This document shows, in pieces, positions 1 to 6,712 of a stretch of DNA of 12,783 nt (the first letter of the stretch is position 1; each line of letters starts with the position of its first letter). The stretch comes from Perkinsela sp. CCAP 1560/9 (lineage: Eukaryota > Protista > Euglenozoa: Kinetoplastea), in assembly GCA_965644495.1 (NCBI GenBank), contig CBFFSA010000090.1, positions 1 through 12,783 on the forward strand, given 5' to 3'. The position numbers and the translations under genes are program-made. The notes beneath the pieces are model-generated. The model was not told the origin of the DNA, did not search any database, and saw only the letters and a program-made list of their open reading frames with translations.

Positions 1-1762
1 GGCAGAGGTTGCCGCAGAGGGTGCCGGGCTTAAGGCTGTGGGGGGCGGGGGTGCCGATGAGTTGTAGAGACGGGAGGGGGTAGGGGGAGGGGGGGGAGGG
101 GGAGGGGGGGGACGCAGACCGCCCTGAGGAACCGTTTGAGGTTTTAGGGGGAACGGGTGAGGGCGTGGGGTGGGAGTTACAATGCTCGGAAGAAGCGTTT
201 GTGGTTTTAGGGAGAACGGGTGAGGGCGTGGGATGGGAGTCACAATGTTCGGAAGAACCGTTTGAGGTTTTGTGAACAATGTGTGAGGGCGTGAGTTGTG
301 AGGGTGTGGAAGGTGATTCACAACCCTGTGAGAAACCCTCTGTAGTTTCACTCACAACTTGTGAGGGCGTGGGCTGTGAGGGCGTGGGTTGTGTGTGAGA
401 GGGGGAAGAGGAATGAGTGTGATAAGAGAGAGGACTTAGGGTGGATTGGGCTGCGACCACCACGGACCATGTGCTGAGCAGTTGGGTTTCGGGATGGGAG
501 GAGAGGAGTTGTAAGGCGAGGGTGGTTTTACCGCTGTTCGGGGGTCCCATTAGGAGGAGGAGTTTGTGGGTGCGGGGGTTGTAGAGGGCGTCCGCGCGGA
601 GCCACAGGGGGTGAATGGGTTCGGAGGGTTCAAAGTCAGGGGTGGTGTGGGGGGAGGGAAGGGGAGAGGAGGTGGTATGATCGGGGGTGGGTGGGTTGTT
701 AGGATTGGTTGGGTAGGGGATAAAAGGGTAGGAGATGAGCTCCTTTAAGATGACACTAATGTAGGCGGAGCGCAGGACACGTTGTAAATCCTCCCAGGCC
801 GGGTAAAGTACATCCCCAGGCAGGAGGGCATGCCCGCTGGCAAAATCATTTGTTGAAAATTTATCCTGTGGCGTCTGATCCTTCATCCGCAGGCTAATCC
901 ATTTGTTGGTATGTTCCGAAAAAACCAGCATAGGACCTTTAACCCGAGCCGCGGGGTCAATGTGAAATCGTCGAGCCAGAGAAGTGAGCGCGAGATGAGG
1001 GGAGTAGACGTTTCGAGGATCAGTGATTCGATCTTGTGGAGTCTCCATAGACCACTGCCATGCTTCCCCACCTCGCAGCAATATTCTGTGATAGCCTCCC
1101 TTAGATTTCTCACGAGGGCCATGTGAGAATCGAGAAAGACGCTGCGCGGAGGATAAGGAGTGATAAAGTCGGATGAGAGAATTGGACTGGAAGCGGCGTG
1201 GTTTGTACTTGTCTGTGTTAACAGTACTTTGGTGCAATGCGACGGAAACATTAAGAGAGGGAGCTGGAAGAGTAGAAAAGGTAGCCGGGGTGAAATTTCC
1301 GTTCCAATCAGCCGTGAGGTACTTTTGAATCATGTTATGGGTATTAGCGTCTGAAGCGGTGACTGAAAAAGATAACAGGGAGAGGGGATCCTCTGTAGCA
1401 CTGATCCCAGTCTTCTGAGAGCCGATGTAATAGGGGGCAATAAGATTTGTAGAAAAAGATTTCCAGTCAACCAATTTCTCAATGGAGGAAAAGCTGAGCT
1501 CTTCTAAACGACGCTGAGATCTGCTAATTTTTTTGGCCTTTAATGTTCGCTGAAAGTCTTTCTTTTTTTCGGGCGCTGAAATAGGTGTTTGTTGAGATCT
1601 ATTGGCACTTGGAAATTTGGCGGACTGATCGGTTGCGTTGCTTTCATGTTGTTCTCGCTTGGCAGAAGATGCTTTTTTTCTTTTAAAAAGATGAGGATAC
1701 AACGTGATGCGAGAAGTTCGACTCCAGAGTGAGTTCCCTCTAAATATATTTGAAGCAAGCAT
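1..1762 (-). CDS. HPr kinase-related P-loop protein, 3'-truncated by the window edge (>=587 aa); possible mitochondrial presequence
   Basis: Manual translation: ATG at 1762-1760, no stop down to base 2 (absent from the ORF track because it has no stop in the window). Begins MLASNIFRGNSLWSRTSRITLYPHLFKR. Contains LWLRADALYNPRTHKLLLLMGPPNSGKTTLALQLL (Walker A at 547-524), then LLSTWSVVV, a P/S/T/H-rich insert, and LIGTPAPHSLKPGTLCGNL. The ORF and Walker A are seen directly; the family call is from motif order only. Confidence 0.8.
   Translation of the reverse strand, partial: MLASNIFRGNSLWSRTSRITLYPHLFKRKKASSAKREQHESNATDQSAKFPSANRSQQTPISAPEKKKDFQRTLKAKKISRSQRRLEELSFSSIEKLVDWKSFSTNLIAPYYIGSQKTGISATEDPLSLLSFSVTASDANTHNMIQKYLTADWNGNFTPATFSTLPAPSLNVSVALHQSTVNTDKYKPRRFQSNSLIRLYHSLSSAQRLSRFSHGPREKSKGGYHRILLRGGEAWQWSMETPQDRITDPRNVYSPHLALTSLARRFHIDPAARVKGPMLVFSEHTNKWISLRMKDQTPQDKFSTNDFASGHALLPGDVLYPAWEDLQRVLRSAYISVILKELISYPFIPYPTNPNNPPTPDHTTSSPLPSPHTTPDFEPSEPIHPLWLRADALYNPRTHKLLLLMGPPNSGKTTLALQLLSSHPETQLLSTWSVVVAAQSTLSPLSYHTHSSSPSHTQPTPSQPTPSQVVSETTEGFSQGCESPSTPSQLTPSHIVHKTSNGSSEHCDSHPTPSPVLPKTTNASSEHCNSHPTPSPVPPKTSNGSSGRSASPPSPSPPSPYPLPSLQLIGTPAPHSLKPGTLCGNLC
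129..293. repeat. Imperfect 63-bp coding tandem repeat (~2.6 copies, 21-aa unit)
   Basis: GAA(C/G)CGTTTG(A/T)GGTTTT recurs at 129, 192 and 255. Encodes TPSHIVHKTSNGSSEHCDSHP / TPSPVLPKTTNASSEHCNSHP / TPSPVPPKTSNGSSG on the minus strand. A related 15-bp unit (QPTPS x2) lies at about 360-390. Confidence 0.9.
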
Positions 1763-1999
1763 ACGGAAAAAATGAAAATCTCTTTAAGATGCATCAAACT
1801 AATTCATTCAATTACTGATAAAGTGAAGAAAAGGGTATCTCAAAGAAATTTGATAAAATATCCGAAAATTTCACTGTGAGTCGTGTGAAAAACGCACAAT
1901 GATTGCGTACAATAGTGAAGTAGCGAATACAATCAAAAATTACCCACAGTTCAAACGTACAACTATAGCAGTACAACCTACTCATGGGTGACAAAAATC

Positions 2000-2890
2000 T
2001 CATAAAGCATAAAGGCAAACCCCAAGAAAAGTCAAGCTCAAAGCATTCAAGTCTTGCGAAGAAAAGGGGTGAGAAAACAAAACACTTGTCACCATTGCGG
2101 TTAGTATTATCTCGCACCCATTGGATACAGTTTTCACCAGGGCGCCGAAATAGAATATAACAAAAGATGTTAAAATCCCAAGGAAGGCACTATTGAATAT
2201 CATCGCTTGTGCGTACACATTCGAAATTAACAAAGAAAAGTCTTCAGAAAGATCATTAACAGTATATTGAAGAATACAGTACAAAAATGTAAGAATCAAC
2301 GAAAAACCATACACGCATATATTTCGGTGTTGCATGCTAAGCTTCAGCTTCGGGGAGCGCAACAAATATTCGTTGTACAGCCCGGAAACTGAACTAAGGA
2401 TAGGATGTAATATCAGAAAATTCATGTGATTGGAGTGCCACAAGGAAGAAGTAAATTCCTTTAGTACGACACCATACATGATTATAAAAAGAGAGACGAA
2501 CCTGCGTATCGACAATGATTTACCAAACAATAGCCAACCCAGTATTGCCGTACATAGAATTCGACCTTGCAAGAACATTTGATAGGTGTTCGGATCAACG
2601 TGTCCTAAATTATAAAAAGAAAGTAAGTTGCATGCGAAATGAATCAGTGAGAACAGAAGGTAAGGTAAAACTTGTGAGAACTTTACTGGTTTGCGAGAGC
2701 GCCTACGAACTTTTCGTAAAGCTCCTCGCGAGGAGAGAAAATAGGAAAAAATAAGTTTCAAGAGCTCCGAGACCAACAACAAAATTTCTTTACGGGGCTT
2801 AGAGGGTCCTTGATGGGCAAAGTGATGCACAAATAACGAATGAGCCGTTCCACCGCACGTATGAAGTGCTAAAAGAAGATGCGGAATCAT
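2000..2890 (-). CDS. Nucleotide-sugar transporter, SLC35A (UDP-galactose/CMP-sialic acid transporter-like) family
   Basis: 296 aa with many hydrophobic segments. Family motifs SELLKL, DPNTYQMFLQGRILCTAIL, SGLYNEYLL, RNICVY and LVKTVS. Substrate cannot be determined from sequence. Confidence 0.85.
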   Translation of the reverse strand: MIPHLLLALHTCGGTAHSLFVHHFAHQGPSKPRKEILLLVSELLKLIFSYFLSSRGALRKVRRRSRKPVKFSQVLPYLLFSLIHFACNLLSFYNLGHVDPNTYQMFLQGRILCTAILGWLLFGKSLSIRRFVSLFIIMYGVVLKEFTSSLWHSNHMNFLILHPILSSVSGLYNEYLLRSPKLKLSMQHRNICVYGFSLILTFLYCILQYTVNDLSEDFSLLISNVYAQAMIFNSAFLGILTSFVIFYFGALVKTVSNGCEIILTAMVTSVLFSHPFSSQDLNALSLTFLGVCLYAL

Positions 2891-2942
2891 GTACCAAAAG
2901 ACTAGAAAGCAAGCAAACTACGAACGACAGAATATTCCATAT

Positions 2943-2950
2943 CTAATAAC
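2943..2950. repeat. Left 8-bp target-site duplication CTAATAAC
   Basis: Identical to 4175-4182 and directly abuts the left TIR. Confidence 0.93.
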
Positions 2951-2979
2951 GGCTAAACTGAAGCAAAATTCGGTTTTTT
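2951..2979 (+). repeat. Left terminal inverted repeat
   Basis: 27/29 match to the reverse complement of 4146-4174; mismatches at positions 3-4. Confidence 0.92.
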
Positions 2980-3092
2980 CGTTTTTTTCATAAATCTGTT
3001 CAAAAAGTGCTCAAAAAATGTTGAAAAACTTAAACTCACAACTTTAGACTTAGAAAGCGGACACTATACGTATACGCAAGCGCAATGCTCTT

Positions 3093-4025
3093 TTAAATTT
3101 TCAAGCACGCGCAACAAAGCATCCCCCCATTACACTTCAAACTTCCGCTTCCTTGCTTTGCGTAGGCCTGCACCCGATCATCTCTCCGGGCGGCTTTCCG
3201 GCCCAACACACCACCTTCACGCTTTGAACGCTTCTTGACGACTGAGTTCGCACACTCCACAGTGTTTGTGTGCACACCTTCCTCTGTGACCCACTGTCGA
3301 CGGTGGTTGACGCTTTCCCACTTGTAGTTCTGCCCGAGACGAATATTGTGACGAGCGCCGTCTGTCCAAATTCTGGTACGTTCTCCTGCGGCTAGTTCTG
3401 TAATTCCGGGGACAAGAGAACCAGCAGTGCAATCTGGTACTACTTGCATTAAAATTTCGGATAACTTGTTGTTTCGAGTCGTCACCGCAACCGTTTGGGC
3501 TACTTGCGTACCTTCTGCGCGCACGCGCCTCGAACCGTGACTACCTCGGTGACGTTTCCGAACCGAGAAAAAAGTTTCATCACACTGCATCGAGTGGACG
3601 CTCCCTCTTTGTCGGGCGCGTCGACGCACATGACAAGTTGCCATGATGGAATCAATCCACTGACGTAGTGATATAATTGTTTTCTCACTGAGCTCCGTCT
3701 CTGCAACAGACACCTCATGTCTATTCCCCCGAACGTAAAGTACAATGTACTTCAGTGTTTGTTTAGCGCTTCGCTGCGCCCTGCCCGGCAACAGTGGACC
3801 CGTCTTCTCATATATCCCTTTGCAAGACTTCGTGCACTTCCATTTTTCACCATTCATTTCCATAGTGTGGTCACTCGTGTGATTTCGCTTGCAACATATG
3901 ACCTTTTGTGCCACCAACTTATGATCTTGTAGCCACTCCACACACTGCTTTGCAGTCCAAGTTGCAATCCTACTTATTGTCAGCTTTCGCCGACAAGAAA
4001 ACCCAACACACCCCGTTCAAGGCAT
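3093..4025 (-). pseudogene. Merlin/IS1595-family DDE transposase, apparently disrupted
   Basis: Triad motifs QCDETFF, IWTDG and VNHRRQWVTEEGVHTNTVE, plus an N-terminal CVEWLQDHKL..CCKRNH..WKCTKSC Zn-binding-like region. The frame stays open upstream of the track's GTG (3941) to 4016. The in-frame ATG at 4025 reads ATG CCT TGA (stop at 4019-4017). Confidence 0.85.
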
Positions 4026-4086
4026 GGAAAGATAGACCAAGTAACTGAAAAAGGCGAAAAGAATAGCGAAAAACTCAAGAAAATAT
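4026..4086 (-). promoter_or_regulatory. Candidate trans-splice acceptor (polypyrimidine tract + AG) for the transposase
   Basis: Minus strand reads TTTTCTTGAGTTTTTCGCTATTCTTTTCGCCTTTTTC-AG (AG at 4046-4045), then 19 nt to the ATG at 4025. Confidence 0.55.
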
Positions 4087-4145
4087 GAATACGATCTCTG
4101 GAGAAGTATTTTCTACAATCAGAGAATTTGATAGACAAAAGCTGA

Positions 4146-4174
4146 AAAAAACCGAATTTTGCTTCAGTTTCACC
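4146..4174 (-). repeat. Right terminal inverted repeat
   Basis: Partner of 2951-2979. Confidence 0.92.
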
Positions 4175-4182
4175 CTAATAAC
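4175..4182. repeat. Right 8-bp target-site duplication CTAATAAC
   Basis: Identical to 2943-2950. Confidence 0.93.
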
Positions 4183-4308
4183 GTATCCCATATCTTCGTA
4201 TGTAAGCGAAAGAAGATATATACCGCAGATGGTCAAACAAACTAAGTTTAAATTAAAATGTGTTCCATTGGTGCGTATGTGATGCACAGTTCTCTAATAT
4301 CTTAATGA

Positions 4309-5004
4309 CTATTGCTGAGAGCCCCTGGATTTCGAGAAAACGTAAAATTGCATCCAGGTAGATAGTTTCTTTATGAAAAATGTGTATAGAGGGATGAGAC
4401 GTTGCCAATTTATGTGAAAGAAATAAGAGCAAGAATTCCAGTAAACATTTATGGGTTTGTCCCTCATGGGCAAAATCAAAAGAAATAACCTTTTAGGCAA
4501 ATTCCTCAATAAATCGTGAATCTTAGAATTTATGAAATTCATCGATGTCTGCTGTAATCTACGAAAAAATATTCGTGGAGTAGAGTACAAAAAGATGTGA
4601 GAATATTCAGAACTAGAAGGCACTTTGGGGTTCTTTTGCCAAGGCAGACGTAGAGTCGTATCATGTTTTCTACGAATGTGCAAATCAGGCTCAACACAGT
4701 TTGCAAAGTTTGTATAATTTGTAGTCCGCTGCTCGTTAATATTTGAAGAAAGACCAGATGGACGATTCAAAGGTGACGTTATAGTGTAATGATGACGCAA
4801 CAGAGTTTTGTATGCTGCATTTATTTCACGTAGACGATGAGTGTACAACTCTGAGTTCCTTTGTTCGTTCACATCCGGATGATTTCGGTGTACTAACTTC
4901 AAATATTGAGAACGAAGCTGCCGTCGAGTGTAGGGAGTGGTAAGATGGAGTGTTCTTCGAGCTAACGAGACAGCATGAGAGATAGACGGTCCTTTCTGAA
5001 CCAT
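4309..5004 (-). CDS. J-domain (DnaJ type III/class C) co-chaperone
   Basis: N-terminal J domain LRSQYLKLVHRNHPDVN...LREINAAYKTL with an intact HPD. No G/F region or Zn finger; the C-terminus is not recognised. Confidence 0.85.
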   Translation of the reverse strand: MVQKGPSISHAVSLARRTLHLTTPYTRRQLRSQYLKLVHRNHPDVNEQRNSELYTHRLREINAAYKTLLRHHYTITSPLNRPSGLSSNINEQRTTNYTNFANCVEPDLHIRRKHDTTLRLPWQKNPKVPSSSEYSHIFLYSTPRIFFRRLQQTSMNFINSKIHDLLRNLPKRLFLLILPMRDKPINVYWNSCSYFFHINWQRLIPLYTFFIKKLSTWMQFYVFSKSRGSQQ

Positions 5005-5042
5005 AAAAAATACTAAACTGTAATTAAAAAAAGAAGAACACT
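5005..5042 (-). promoter_or_regulatory. Candidate trans-splice acceptor for the J-domain gene
   Basis: Minus strand TTCTTCTTTTTTTAATTAC-AG-TTT-AG-TATTTTTT-ATG; AGs at 5019-5018 and 5014-5013. Confidence 0.5.
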
Positions 5043-5093
5043 ATAAGCGTAGTTGTTAACACGAGTTATTTAAGCGTTAAAAAGAACGACGCG

Positions 5094-5345
5094 AATTCTG
5101 TGGATCGTAAGCTCGTGTTCGTGCACAGTGAGTCAAAAGATTGGATGACTTCCTGCTTTAGCTTCTTATGTGCAAAGTAACGAACCAGAAACCGCAAATA
5201 ATCTGTGTCTTCTTTTCTGTTTGACGCTTCAATGGAACAAAACCACTTGCATTCCAGCGGATGTATTAAAGTAACAAGCGGATCCTGTGAGCAATCCGTG
5301 CAGTAAGAAAAAGAATTACATGTTGAACAAGTAACAAGATTGTTC
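5094..5345 (-). repeat. 252-bp direct duplicate of 5905-6156 (internal fragment of the SMYD gene)
   Basis: No mismatch found by eye at an offset of 811 bp. Homology extends to 5090/5901 with one mismatch. Confidence 0.93.
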
Positions 5346-5450
5346 TATGAAGTCGTTTCGAAAATAATGAAAAGATCTTCTTTGTCATCATTGTGACAAG
5401 CCGCCTGTACTTCAAGCCAAATTTTGGCCAACCGGCCATTTCCATGAGCA

Positions 5451-6344
5451 TTAGGTTTTCGGCAGAGCTTGCTCAGCTTCCTTAATACATCGAGTACAAT
5501 GACATTCGAAACGATATCGATCAAACAAAATGCTTGTTCTATTTTGAATATGACGATTTGATGGAGCTTCAAGGTCAAGGTAACTTATTGTTAGTTCTTC
5601 CCCTGCATCAATTGCTCGTAAAGCTTTTAATTCCATCATTGTGGATAACGAAGCAGGCAATGACAAAAAAGCGCTTCCTAAGTTCACTTGTTGTATAAAG
5701 CAATTCGGTTCGCAGCTGTGATTCACATATGACAAAGTGCTCTGTAGACACCAGCCCAACGTCCTTTCCTTATTAAAAGGAAAACCGAAACTGTTAAAGC
5801 GTATCTTTGCAAAAAGATCCACGAGTTCTTGTTTCGTCGTACCTAATTCTACTTCGCCGAAATGTGAAAGGTATAATTCAGCCATTGCGTTGGACCAATG
5901 CGCAAATTCTGTGGATCGTAAGCTCGTGTTCGTGCACAGTGAGTCAAAAGATTGGATGACTTCCTGCTTTAGCTTCTTATGTGCAAAGTAACGAACCAGA
6001 AACCGCAAATAATCTGTGTCTTCTTTTCTGTTTGACGCTTCAATGGAACAAAACCACTTGCATTCCAGCGGATGTATTAAAGTAACAAGCGGATCCTGTG
6101 AGCAATCCGTGCAGTAAGAAAAAGAATTACATGTTGAACAAGTAACAAGATTGTTCGCCTTATCTTTTTCCTGATAGCAATTAGTACAATGACTAGATAG
6201 ATAGTGATCGTACAATACTGAAACCTCCGGAGTCGCAGATATGATTTCAGTCCCTGCATCGATGGGTGACAATGCGATACAACCCTGGCCGCAACCTGTG
6301 ACGTGCCCGATGCAAAACTTTTCGCAGGAGGAATCCACTGTCAT
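5451..6344 (-). CDS. SET and MYND domain (SMYD-type) protein lysine methyltransferase
   Basis: Split SET domain: GCGQGCIA, then NHSCEPNC, GEELTISYLD and post-SET FECHCTRC. A MYND-like finger (CTNC..CSTC..YCTDC..HPLEC) is inserted. Confidence 0.92.
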   Translation of the reverse strand: MTVDSSCEKFCIGHVTGCGQGCIALSPIDAGTEIISATPEVSVLYDHYLSSHCTNCYQEKDKANNLVTCSTCNSFSYCTDCSQDPLVTLIHPLECKWFCSIEASNRKEDTDYLRFLVRYFAHKKLKQEVIQSFDSLCTNTSLRSTEFAHWSNAMAELYLSHFGEVELGTTKQELVDLFAKIRFNSFGFPFNKERTLGWCLQSTLSYVNHSCEPNCFIQQVNLGSAFLSLPASLSTMMELKALRAIDAGEELTISYLDLEAPSNRHIQNRTSILFDRYRFECHCTRCIKEAEQALPKT

Positions 6345-6712
6345 AAAAGGATAAGAACATTAAGCTTTCTCCGATAGTAGGTGAAGTAAAGTGCTAAAAA
6401 AGAAAAGACATGTTGTGTGCATAAAAGGTCCTAAAAGTTCGAACAAGACGTTTATTGAGCGACAAATTTAGACAAAAAAATAGATAAAGTAGGAACGAAA
6501 TTTCTAATTTTAAGATAAACTCGTACACGAACATTCCCACTCCGCGGAGCAAAGGTTGCACAGGGCGAATCCTTAAATACATGTATCGTACAACAAAAGA
6601 TATGAGAATTGAGATACACAACTTAAGAATTGCCTCAACCAATGAATAGGAAAAAAACAGCGAAAATTAACACCCTTCCAGGTTTGTGTTATGTTATTAA
6701 AAATAAGACGGG

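Larger units (their letters stand above)
2951..4174 (-). mobile_element. Merlin/IS1016-like (IS1595 family, ISXO2-type DDE) DNA transposon, 1,224 bp, both ends intact
   Basis: TIRs GGCTAAACTGAAGCAAAATTCGGTTTTTT (2951-2979) and GGTGAAACTGAAGCAAAATTCGGTTTTTT (reverse complement of 4146-4174) match at 27/29. 5'-GG termini, an 8-bp TSD and a single internal DDE transposase are all Merlin hallmarks. Confidence 0.93.

Noticed and set aside
129-392. Possible CRISPR array or telomeric repeat (TTAGGG at about 145 and 208)
   Set aside because: Units are degenerate along their whole length, have no unique spacers and are in-frame coding repeats; the TTAGGG hits are isolated.
566-1797. Track ORFs 566-748, 883-1251, 911-1126, 1160-1354 and 1540-1797
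   Set aside because: All overlap the longer Walker-A-containing frame starting at 1762.
4017-4019. TGA reassignment or readthrough in the transposase
   Set aside because: TGA terminates PES1 and the TPR-like gene, no host gene has in-frame stops, and Trp is encoded by TGG.
5266-5578. ORFs 5266-5451 and 5345-5578 as new chimeric genes
   Set aside because: Short, and out of frame with or stopped before the duplicated MYND segment; no independent support.
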